Assembly (NCBI GenBank): GCA_963741955.1
Contig: CAVUKB010000004.1
Span: forward strand, 352,001 to 416,000
Direction of reading: 5' to 3'
DNA: 64,000 nucleotides
DNA from: an uncultured Acidobacteriota bacterium
GTDB taxonomy: Bacteria > Acidobacteriota > Thermoanaerobaculia > Gp7-AA8
Below are positions 28,787 through 36,904 of the stretch, piece by piece. Position numbers and translations under genes: made by a program. The notes beneath the pieces are model-generated. The model worked only from the letters and a program-made list of their open reading frames with translations. It was not told the origin of the DNA and ran no database searches. How positions within the stretch are numbered: the stretch's first letter is position 1; each line of letters begins with the position of its first letter.

Positions 28787-29332
28787 TCAGGCAGAGAGTT
28801 GTGGTGCGTTGAGGGGCTCGACGACGAGGGTCGAACCGCTGACGGAGACGATGCGCACTTCGATGTTGCGCGGGATCGCGCTTCCGCTCACGGAACGCGC
28901 GGACGCGTTGGAGCGCTGGCCCTTCTTCACGTAGGCGACCTCGCCGAATCCTCCCCCTTCGGGGATCGGGGTGATCACCTCGGCGTGCGAGCCGACCAGT
29001 TCCGCGGTCGCGTACTCACTCCCGACCTGGGTCTGACGGGTGATCGCCCCGAGGATCAGGAGGCCGATGAACGCGAAGAGGAGCCCTCCGCCTCCGGCGA
29101 TGGAGACTTCGACCAGGGGGTGGAGATCGGTGGTCATTCGAAGAATCGCACCGATGCCGCCGAATCCGGTCACGAAGACGGAAAGGATGGTGGGGGAGAA
29201 GATCGGGACGTCGACGTGCCCGGCGCCGTCGACATTCATGTCGATGTTGGCTCCGTCGCCGAGCGACATCAGCGACGTGACGATGGTGAAGATCACGCCG
29301 ATCGCGAAAAGCGAGAAGTAGAGAAGAGTCAC
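28787..29332 (-). CDS. NfeD-like membrane protein (flotillin partner)
   Basis: Hydrophobic N-terminal helices plus C-terminal OB-fold-like LVGSHAEVITPIPEGGGFGEV...TLVVEP; directly upstream of flotillin. Confidence 0.85.
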   Translation of the reverse strand: MTLLYFSLFAIGVIFTIVTSLMSLGDGANIDMNVDGAGHVDVPIFSPTILSVFVTGFGGIGAILRMTTDLHPLVEVSIAGGGGLLFAFIGLLILGAITRQTQVGSEYATAELVGSHAEVITPIPEGGGFGEVAYVKKGQRSNASARSVSGSAIPRNIEVRIVSVSGSTLVVEPLNAPQLSA

Positions 29333-29418
29333 GGACGTTCCTCGAACGATTGATTCCGGATTCTAACAGGGAAAGAGAAGGATTTGCGCGAATTGAAACG
29401 GGTTTGCGCGGAGCGTCG

Positions 29419-29960
29419 GTGGTGCGACCGTCTCGGTCGCTGAGGCTTCGCTTCTGCCGAAGGCGTCCTCTCGATCCGTTCTGAACGCGATTTTCGCGGC
29501 GGATCGGAGGATCCGCGCCCCTCGGCGTCTGCGCGGAGTTCGAATCGGTCGCGAAGCGTCGCTGGCCGCGTCCATCCCGGTCGACGAAGCTTCGCTTCTG
29601 CCGAAGGCGTTCTCTCGATCCGCTCCGAACACGATTTTCGCGGCGGATCGGAGGATCCGCGCCCCTCGGCGTCTGCGCGGAGTTCGAATCGGTCGCGAAG
29701 CGTCGCTGGCCGCGTCCATCCCGGTCGACGAAGCTTCGCTTCTGCCGAAGGCGTTCTCTCGATCCGCTCCGAACACGATTTTCGCGGCGGATCGGAGGAT
29801 CCGCGCCCCTCGGCGTCTGCGCGGAGTTCGAATCGGTCGCGAAGCGTCGCTGGCCGCGCCCATCCCGGTCGACGAAGCTTCGCTTCTGCCGAAGGCGTTC
29901 TCTCGATCCGCTCCGAACACGATTTTCGCGGCGGATCAGAGGATCCGCGCCCCTCGGCGG
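29419..29960. repeat. GTGG-REP followed by about 3.6 tandem 144-bp units of the GCGGATC hairpin family
   Basis: REP GTGGTGCGACCGTCTCGGTCGC at 29419-29440 (identical to 8989-9010). CTTCGCTTCTGCCGAAGGCG recurs at 29446, 29590, 29734, 29878. Confidence 0.93.
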
Positions 29961-30021
29961 GCGTGGGATCGAATGGGTCGCGAAGCGCCTGTGGCGCGAG
30001 CGCCCCTCGGTGCCACACCTC

Positions 30022-30067
30022 TTGACAGAATTGTCGTTGAAACCTATTGTAATAGTGGACTAGGACA
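30022..30067 (+). promoter_or_regulatory. Sigma70 promoter with overlapping YtrA-type GntR operator
   Basis: TTGACA (30022-30027)-17 bp-TATTGT (30045-30050). Palindrome TGT-AA-TAG-TGGA-CTA-GG-ACA (30048-30067) ends immediately before the GntR ATG. Confidence 0.8.
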
Positions 30068-30472
30068 ATGACTGTCGCGAACCCATCCACCCTCTTCCGC
30101 CTCGATGCCTCCTCCGGCGTGCCGTTCTACCGCCAGGTGATCGATCAGGTCCTCCTGGCCGTCGCCGACGGGAGACTCAAACCGGGCGAGCAGCTTCCGA
30201 CCGTCCGGCAGCTCGCGGTCGACCTCGCGGTCAACCTCAACACCGTCGCGAAGGCATACCGGGAGATGGAGATCCGAGGGATCGTGGAGACGCAGCAGGG
30301 GACGGGGACGTTCGTCTCGACCCGACCTCCGGAGACGAAGGGACGGGAGAAGAAGCGGGCGATGAAGGATCTCGTCGATCGCACCATGGCTTCGGCTGCT
30401 TCGATGGGCTTCTCGGTCGAGGAGCTGATCGAAGCACTGAGCGAACGGGCCGATTCGGCCCGAAGGAGGTAG
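30068..30472 (+). CDS. GntR family regulator, YtrA subfamily
   Basis: PFYRQVIDQV...LKPGEQLPTVRQLAVDLAVNLNTVAKAYREME...GTGTFV; short C-terminal domain. Confidence 0.95.
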   Translation: MTVANPSTLFRLDASSGVPFYRQVIDQVLLAVADGRLKPGEQLPTVRQLAVDLAVNLNTVAKAYREMEIRGIVETQQGTGTFVSTRPPETKGREKKRAMKDLVDRTMASAASMGFSVEELIEALSERADSARRR

Positions 30473-30475
30473 CAG

Positions 30476-31480
30476 ATGGTTTCGGTGGGGACCCGCAAGA
30501 GACAGCAGCAGTCGCAGGACCAGGGAGACGCCTCGCAATCGAAGCGCAGCTCCCGGCGTGCGATCGAACAGAACGAAGAGTATTCCAGCCGCGGAGGCGC
30601 GCGACGCTACGTGAACGGGGTCAGTCTCGCCGCGATGATCCTCACGCTCCTGATCGGAGTGATTCCGCTGACTCTTCTCCCGCCGGCGTCCGGTCCGATC
30701 GTCTTCCTCGGATTCGTTCTGCTCGGATTCGTGGCGCTGTTCGGAATCAAGATCGCCGATCAGTGGGAGAAGGCGGTGGTGCTCCGGTTCGGAAAATTCG
30801 TGGGACTCCGCGGCCCGGGCTTCTTCTTTCTGATTCCGATCGTCGAGCAGGTGTCGCATCTCATCGACCAGCGCGTGCGGGTGACCGACGTGACTGCAGA
30901 GTCGGCGCTCACCCGCGACACTGTCCCGGTCGACGTTGACGCGATCGTCTTCTGGACGGTATGGGATGCCCAGAAGTCGGTGCTCGAAGTGGCGGACTAC
31001 CTGATGGCCATCGCCCTCTCCGCGCAGACCGCGCTGCGCGAAGCGATCGGCCGCCACCAGCTCGGCGAGATGATCACCGAGCGCGATCGACTCGGGCGCG
31101 AGCTGCGGCGCATCCTCGACGAGAAGACCAACGCATGGGGCATCACCGTACACTCGGTCGAGATCCGCGACGTGAAGATTCCGCAGGAGCTCGAGGATGC
31201 GATGAGCCGCCAGGCTCAGGCCGAGCGCGAGCGACAGGCGCGGATCATCCTCGGCACCGCCGAGACGGAGATCGCGGAGCGCTTCGTTCGCGCGGGCGAG
31301 GCGTACGCGGACCGCCCGATCGCCCTCCACCTCCGCGCGATGAACATGCTCTACGAAGCGATCAAGGAGAAAGGCTCCATGGTGATCGTTCCCTCCAGCG
31401 CGGTCGAGACGATGGGGCTCGGCGGTCTCGCCGGACTGACCTCCCTCGGAACGGCAGCACCGACAGACCCGCCGAAGTAA
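30476..31480 (+). CDS. Stomatin/slipin family SPFH protein
   Basis: QWEKAVVLRFGK, LTRDTVPVDVDAI, AQTALREAIG, WGITVHSVEIRDV, QAQAERERQAR. Confidence 0.93.
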   Translation: MVSVGTRKRQQQSQDQGDASQSKRSSRRAIEQNEEYSSRGGARRYVNGVSLAAMILTLLIGVIPLTLLPPASGPIVFLGFVLLGFVALFGIKIADQWEKAVVLRFGKFVGLRGPGFFFLIPIVEQVSHLIDQRVRVTDVTAESALTRDTVPVDVDAIVFWTVWDAQKSVLEVADYLMAIALSAQTALREAIGRHQLGEMITERDRLGRELRRILDEKTNAWGITVHSVEIRDVKIPQELEDAMSRQAQAERERQARIILGTAETEIAERFVRAGEAYADRPIALHLRAMNMLYEAIKEKGSMVIVPSSAVETMGLGGLAGLTSLGTAAPTDPPK

Positions 31481-31578
31481 CCACTTCACCCGCGGACGTC
31501 ACGCTCCTCCCGCGCAGACGGCCCGTCGCGGCCTCGCGCGGGAGGACCTGCGTGAATCGCAGGCTCTTGCCGCAGCTC

Positions 31579-32451
31579 TCAGTACACGATCCTCATTCCG
31601 ATTCCGCTCGCGCCGCGGCCGTCCGAGAGCGGGATGATCTGAACTGTCGTGCTTCGCGCGGGATCGGTGTGACGGATCACGATCTCCCGTCCCACCGTCG
31701 TGCCGACGACCGCTCCCGCCAGGACGTCCGACGGCCAGTGCGCGCCGTCGTTCACCCGCGAGTAGCCGACGGCGGCGGCGACGCCGTAGACGAGAACCGG
31801 AACCATACGACCGTGCGAGTGCCCGGCGAGCACTGATGCGAGAGCGAACGCGGTGGTGGTATGTCCGGAGGGAAACGAATCGTGCCCGCCTCCTCCGCTG
31901 GATGGCTGGAACGAGCCTGCTCCTTCGTCCAGCCGCGGACGCGAGCGCCCCGCAGTCCGCTTGAGGAGCGGGGTGATGATGTGCGAGGCGAGAATCTGCG
32001 CCTCGACGGCGTCGCGACCGACGTCACGGACCGAATCGTTCCGGAAGAGGAGTCCTGCGGCGAGAATCGCGAACGAGATCTGCTCGGCCCGTCCGCCGCC
32101 GAACTGAGTGACGGCGCTCGAGAGGCGGCTGGTCCGGTCGCCTCGCGCGTCGCGGACGTCGTCGAAGATCGCCTGATCGTTCGCCATGACCGTCCCGAGG
32201 ACCAGCGCGCCGCCGCCGAGCTCCGCCCACCCGCGTGAGTCGAGGCGGGAAGGGACGGTGACGATGGAGACGAGATCCTCCCGGTAGCGGGTGGCCTCGT
32301 GTTTCACGGCGCGCCACGCGCGTCGTGGAGGAGACGGCGCCGCGGTCGAAGCGTCTCCGAGCGGAGGTGCAGTCGAAGGTTGGGCCGCGAACGCGCCGGC
32401 GGGCCCGACCGAAAGGCTCAGGAAAAGGACGATCAGCCTGGTTCTCATCAC
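31579..32451 (-). CDS. PAP2 family phosphatase
   Basis: KRTAGRSRP, SFPSGH, SRVNDGAHWPSDV; signal peptide. Confidence 0.92.
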   Translation of the reverse strand: MMRTRLIVLFLSLSVGPAGAFAAQPSTAPPLGDASTAAPSPPRRAWRAVKHEATRYREDLVSIVTVPSRLDSRGWAELGGGALVLGTVMANDQAIFDDVRDARGDRTSRLSSAVTQFGGGRAEQISFAILAAGLLFRNDSVRDVGRDAVEAQILASHIITPLLKRTAGRSRPRLDEGAGSFQPSSGGGGHDSFPSGHTTTAFALASVLAGHSHGRMVPVLVYGVAAAVGYSRVNDGAHWPSDVLAGAVVGTTVGREIVIRHTDPARSTTVQIIPLSDGRGASGIGMRIVY

Positions 32452-32599
32452 GAAATCCGGCGTGAATTATGCTGCATCCGATTAAGATACCGATACACGA
32501 CGCCCGGCGAACCGCAGGAACGGAATTGTCATCGGGCCGTCATCCGGAAGAGAACTCGGAACCAGGGTGTTTCGGCGGGTACACCATCAGGAGACATTT

Positions 32600-33703
32600 T
32601 TGAAAGTTGCCGGGAAGAAACTCAACGTCATCAACACGCTGTTCCTCACTCTGACTCCACTGGCGGCCGCGATCGCGGTGCCGTGGTCGATCGCCCATTA
32701 CGGGCTCGGCCTTGCAGAGTCGCTGATTTTTCTTGCGCTGTGGCTGGCGATTGCCGTCTCGGTCACCGCCGGATACCACCGCCTCTTTGCTCACCGGGCG
32801 TACGAGGCACGCTGGCCGGTCCGGCTCTTCTTTCTCGTCTTCGGCGCCGGAGCACTCGAGAATTCGGTGCTCGCGTGGGCCGCGGATCACCGCGTGCATC
32901 ACGTTCACGTCGACAAAGAGCAGGATCCGTACAACGTGAAGAAGGGCTTCTGGTGGTCGCACATCGGATGGATCTTCTTCGATGTCGACAAGCCCGAGCT
33001 CGACGGCGTGCGCGACCTGTCAAAGGATCCGCTGGTCGTCTGGCAGGACCGGAACTACCTCTGGATCGGACTCGGCGTCGCGTTCGGAATCCCGGCGCTG
33101 GTCGGAGTCCTCACAGGCTCGCTCGTGCAATGCCTGATCTTCGGAGCGATCCTCCGGATCGTGGTGACGCATCACGTCACGTTCTTCATCAACAGCCTCT
33201 GCCACATGATCGGCGGCCGGCCCTACAGTCTGCGGCACAGCGGGCGGGACAGCACCATCATGGCGGCCCTCGCGTTCGGTGAGGGATACCACAACTACCA
33301 TCACACGTTCGCCTACGACTACCGCAACGGCGTCAAGGCGTGGCACTTCGATCCGGCAAAGTGGACCATCTGGGCCCTCTCGCGGTTCGGACTCACCTCG
33401 AACCTCCGTCGGGCACCGCGTGCGGTGATCCTGCGCGCCAGGGTCGAAGTTCAGTTCGAAAAAGCGCAGCTCCGGATGCAGAAATGGAACGCCGCGGTGC
33501 GCAAGCTTCACGAGAGCCGGGTCTACGAGGCCTACGAACGGATGCAGAACGCGATTCAGGAGCTTCTCGCTCAGCAGCAGCCTTCGAAGGAGAAGCTCGC
33601 TCCGGTCGTCGACATCCGGACTCCTCACATCCGCAGCGCAATCCGGGACTGGAAGGAAACGATGCGCATGACCCGGCGGATGGCGCGCCAGCGCGCCGCG
33701 TGA
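32600..33703 (+). CDS. Fatty acid (delta-9 type) desaturase
   Basis: His boxes HRLFAH, HRVHH, GEGYHNYHH. TTG start chosen after AGGAG; the ORF track starts at 32567. Confidence 0.93.
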   Translation: MKVAGKKLNVINTLFLTLTPLAAAIAVPWSIAHYGLGLAESLIFLALWLAIAVSVTAGYHRLFAHRAYEARWPVRLFFLVFGAGALENSVLAWAADHRVHHVHVDKEQDPYNVKKGFWWSHIGWIFFDVDKPELDGVRDLSKDPLVVWQDRNYLWIGLGVAFGIPALVGVLTGSLVQCLIFGAILRIVVTHHVTFFINSLCHMIGGRPYSLRHSGRDSTIMAALAFGEGYHNYHHTFAYDYRNGVKAWHFDPAKWTIWALSRFGLTSNLRRAPRAVILRARVEVQFEKAQLRMQKWNAAVRKLHESRVYEAYERMQNAIQELLAQQQPSKEKLAPVVDIRTPHIRSAIRDWKETMRMTRRMARQRAA

Positions 33704-33752
33704 TTCAGGCCTCCGCACCATAACCGGGAGCGAAATTCCGTGAATGTTCTAT

Positions 33753-33864
33753 CGGGACGATCCTCGTATTTCGCACCGGGGAGGGGGGCGCGGGACGCCG
33801 CCCTGCATCGGACGGGACGTCCAACCCACGACAGTGGGTCGCGCGTCTCGCGCGAGGTTCCGGG
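33753..33864. repeat. Diverged inverted copy of the 167-bp unit head joined to the 37-bp-unit REP
   Basis: GGCGCGGGACGCCGCCCTGCATCGGACGGGACGTCCAACCCAC approximates the reverse complement of the unit start, then GACA, then GTGGGTCGCGCGTCTCGCGCGAGG. Confidence 0.8.
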
Positions 33865-33922
33865 TTAGAATGGGGGCGAATCGCCGGCCCGCGTCGGAGC
33901 CCGGCCGTCTCGAGGATCTCGA

Positions 33923-34174
33923 ATGACTCGTTGCACCTGCGGACACCCCGAGAATCTGCATCCGCTCACGCATCCGTGCTTTGAAGAAGTCCGGTACGCG
34001 AACGAGGAACTTCCGTGCAGCTGCCTCGACTTCGTTCCCTCCGCACAACCGGCGATCTGTGCTGCCTGCAGTCATCCTCGAGACAAGCACCAGGAGCTTC
34101 GGCGGTGCCGGTCGACGGAAGGCGGCGGTTGCTTCTGTTCGGGGTTTCAGGCGGCCGTTCCCGTGCGGGCCTGA
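33923..34174 (+). CDS. Small Cys/His-rich putative metal-binding protein (83 aa, two repeats)
   Basis: GAGGA RBS; CTCGHPENLH...C...CSCLDF and CAACSHPRDKH...C...CFCSGF. Confidence 0.7.
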   Translation: MTRCTCGHPENLHPLTHPCFEEVRYANEELPCSCLDFVPSAQPAICAACSHPRDKHQELRRCRSTEGGGCFCSGFQAAVPVRA

Positions 34175-34246
34175 CGTCGCGAAGCCGATCGCTCAGCTGC
34201 GGCTCGACTCATCCCGCGCACCGCTCTCCCCGAAACGTGCCCCCTC

Positions 34247-35449
34247 TCACCCCCGCGGCTCCGTTCCCCGCAGCAAGGCCTCCATCTCGTCGCTCCGTCG
34301 CGAGCGCATCTTCGCCTCCTCGGCGGTGATCGTCCCGTTCCGCACCAGCGTCGCCAGAGACTCTTCGAGCGAGATCATTCCCTGCCGCTTTCCGAGCGTC
34401 AGCTCCGACACGAGCTGCGGCAGCCGGTTGTGCCGGATGTGGTTGCGCACGGCGTAATTCGCGACGAGCACCTCCACGGCCGGGACGCGCCCGTGCCCGT
34501 CCGCGGTCGGGACGAGCTGCTGAGCCACGATCGCGTTCAGTGCGAGTGAGAGCTGGTGACGGATCTGGAGCTGCTGGTTCGACGGGAAGACGTCGACGAT
34601 CCGGCTGATCGCCTGCGCCGCGTCGCCGGTGTGGAGGGTGGAGAAGATCAGGTGTCCCGTCTCCGCGGCGGTCAGCGCCGTCGACATCGTCTCCAGATCC
34701 CGCATCTCCCCGACCAGGATCACATCGGGGTCCTGCCGGAGCGCGGCTCGAAGTGCTCCGGCGAAGGTGGGAGCATCACGGCCGATCTCGATCTGCTCGA
34801 TGATCGAACGGCCGTTCTGATGCTCGTACTCGATCGGATCTTCGATGGTGATCACGTGACGTGCCCTGCTGCGGTTGATCTCTCCGATCATCGCCGCGAG
34901 GGTGGTCGATTTTCCGGCGCCGGTCGGTCCCGTCATCAGAACGAGTCCGCGGTTCGGAACCGTGAGCTCTGCGAGCGCGGAGGGGAGTTGCAGCTCGGCG
35001 AGAGTCGGGATCTGCTGCGGAAGGAGTCGGATCGCAGCGGCGGGTTTGCCGCGCTGTCGATGCAGATTGATCCGGAATCGAAGCTGCTGTGACTCGGATG
35101 CGATGCCGATCGAGAAGTCGGCGGCCCCCTCTCGCTCGAACTGCTCGAGGCTCCGCGGGGTCATGTGTGCAGTCACCATCCCGCGGATCTCGTCGGCGTC
35201 GAGAGAGTCGAGATCGGAGACTTTCATCTCTCCGTGGATGCGGAACACCGGCGCCACGTTCGGGATCAGCAGGAGGTCCGTCGCCTCGATCCGGTGCATC
35301 GCCTCGAGAATGGACCCGAGGCGTTGGTCGAACGGCTTCTCTTCGAGGGGGAGCGCGGAGATGGAGATCGTTCCGCGGTCGGGCTGATCGGTCCGATTCA
35401 GCTCGTCGACCAGGCGGTTGAGCTCGGGGTCAGGGCGATAGGTGGGCAT
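34247..35449 (-). CDS. pilT: PilT/PilU family type IV pilus ATPase
   Basis: GPTGAGKSTT, TIEDPIE, LRQDPDVILVGEMRD, AETGHLIFSTLHT, AVRNHIR (AIRNLIRE variant). Confidence 0.9.
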   Translation of the reverse strand: MPTYRPDPELNRLVDELNRTDQPDRGTISISALPLEEKPFDQRLGSILEAMHRIEATDLLLIPNVAPVFRIHGEMKVSDLDSLDADEIRGMVTAHMTPRSLEQFEREGAADFSIGIASESQQLRFRINLHRQRGKPAAAIRLLPQQIPTLAELQLPSALAELTVPNRGLVLMTGPTGAGKSTTLAAMIGEINRSRARHVITIEDPIEYEHQNGRSIIEQIEIGRDAPTFAGALRAALRQDPDVILVGEMRDLETMSTALTAAETGHLIFSTLHTGDAAQAISRIVDVFPSNQQLQIRHQLSLALNAIVAQQLVPTADGHGRVPAVEVLVANYAVRNHIRHNRLPQLVSELTLGKRQGMISLEESLATLVRNGTITAEEAKMRSRRSDEMEALLRGTEPRG

Positions 35450-35661
35450 GCGTTCTCCTCTCTTCGGCTGAGACCGGACACATCCGGTGGAGGTTACGGA
35501 AGCGAAAGATCGCGTCCCCGGGCTCCGGGATCAAGTGACGATAACTATATGTTATTTGAAATATGAGTCCGCCATCCGTCGTTCTCGTTTTCCGCGTCGT
35601 GACGAAGGTCCAGGTGGAGTCCGCCTCCCGGCGGAGTGTCTGCGGCGAGAAAGGATTCCGA

Positions 35662-36069
35662 ATGCTCGAATTCGCTCCTGTTCTCCTGGTGGAAGACGAT
35701 GAAACGACACTGCAGTTCCTCGGCGGGGTGTTCAGGTACTGCGGAGTCGCAGACCCCGACGTGGCGGTCTCCCGCGCGGAAGCACTCGAGCGGATCACGT
35801 CCGAGGATTACGCAATGATCGTGCTCGACCTCGCCATCGGCGCCGACGCCGTCCTTCTTCTGGACGATCTGCGTGCAAAGGGATGCCTGGCGAACGTGGT
35901 GGTCATTCACCCGCAGCAGGATGAGCGGCCCGCGGCGAATCTCGACGGCGTATTCGCAGTCATGGAGAAGCCTCTCCCCCTCGATCAGCTCACTCTCGTG
36001 ATCCGTCGCTGTCTCGCCGGCTCTCGTGCCGGAGCGGAAGCTTCCGGATCCGCCGAAAACACCGCATGA
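35662..36069 (+). CDS. Stand-alone response regulator receiver domain (atypical)
   Basis: VLLVEDD, MIVLDL, MEKP; the beta4 Thr/Ser position is His (VVIHP). Start uncertain. Confidence 0.75.
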   Translation: MLEFAPVLLVEDDETTLQFLGGVFRYCGVADPDVAVSRAEALERITSEDYAMIVLDLAIGADAVLLLDDLRAKGCLANVVVIHPQQDERPAANLDGVFAVMEKPLPLDQLTLVIRRCLAGSRAGAEASGSAENTA

Positions 36070-36178
36070 GCTGAGGCGGGTGACCCGGCGTGAATCCGGG
36101 CTGAGCCGGCTTGATCTCCGTCACGGTTTTCGTCCCGTCGCTTGTCACCAGGCGGGCGGCACATTAGGATCGACGTCG

Positions 36179-36901
36179 ATGACCGCTTCAGCCGCGGCGG
36201 AGCCGGTGTTCCGGGCTCGCGAAGTCTCGAAGATCTATCACATGGGAGATGTGGAGGTCCGCGCTCTCCGCTCCGTCAGCCTCGATCTTTTCCGCGGCGA
36301 GTTCGTCGTCCTCCTCGGCCCCTCGGGGAGCGGGAAATCGACGCTCCTCAACATACTCGGCGGACTCGACGTACCCACCACCGGTGAAGTCCGATTCGAG
36401 AACCACGATCTCTCGGTCGAAGACGACCGCGCTCTGACCAGCTACAGACGCGAGCACGTCGGCTTCGTCTTCCAGTTCTACAACCTCATTCCGAGTCTCA
36501 CCGCTCTGGAAAACGTCGCCCTGGTCACCGACATCGCCGATGACCCGATGCGTCCGGAGGAGGCGCTCGAGCTGGTCGGCCTCGGGGATCGCCGCAATCA
36601 TTTTCCGGCGCAGCTCTCCGGAGGCGAACAGCAGCGCGTGGCGATTGCGCGCGCGATCGCGAAACGTCCGGCGGTGCTCCTCTGTGACGAGCCGACCGGT
36701 GCTCTCGACTACGCCACCGGTCTGCGCGTACTCGAGGTTCTCGAGCGCGTGAACGAGGAGACCGGCGCGACGACTGCGGTGATCACCCACAACGCGTCGA
36801 TCGCCGCGATGGCGGATCGGGTGATCCGGCTCCGTTCCGGCGAGATCATCGAAGTCACGAGGAACGAGAAGAGAGCGCATCCTTCCGAGCTCTCGTGGTG
36901 A
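36179..36901 (+). CDS. ABC transporter ATP-binding protein (LolD/MacB-like)
   Basis: [37 protein letters not shown]. Confidence 0.95.
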   Translation: MTASAAAEPVFRAREVSKIYHMGDVEVRALRSVSLDLFRGEFVVLLGPSGSGKSTLLNILGGLDVPTTGEVRFENHDLSVEDDRALTSYRREHVGFVFQFYNLIPSLTALENVALVTDIADDPMRPEEALELVGLGDRRNHFPAQLSGGEQQRVAIARAIAKRPAVLLCDEPTGALDYATGLRVLEVLERVNEETGATTAVITHNASIAAMADRVIRLRSGEIIEVTRNEKRAHPSELSW

Positions 36902-36904
36902 CGC

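Noticed and set aside
29329-30090. 253-aa ORF with 48-aa repeats whose stop overlaps the nfeD start
   Set aside because: It is a by-product of a stop-free 144-bp unit. The same DNA family occurs elsewhere with a non-triplet period, and the ORF runs antisense through the gntR promoter and start.
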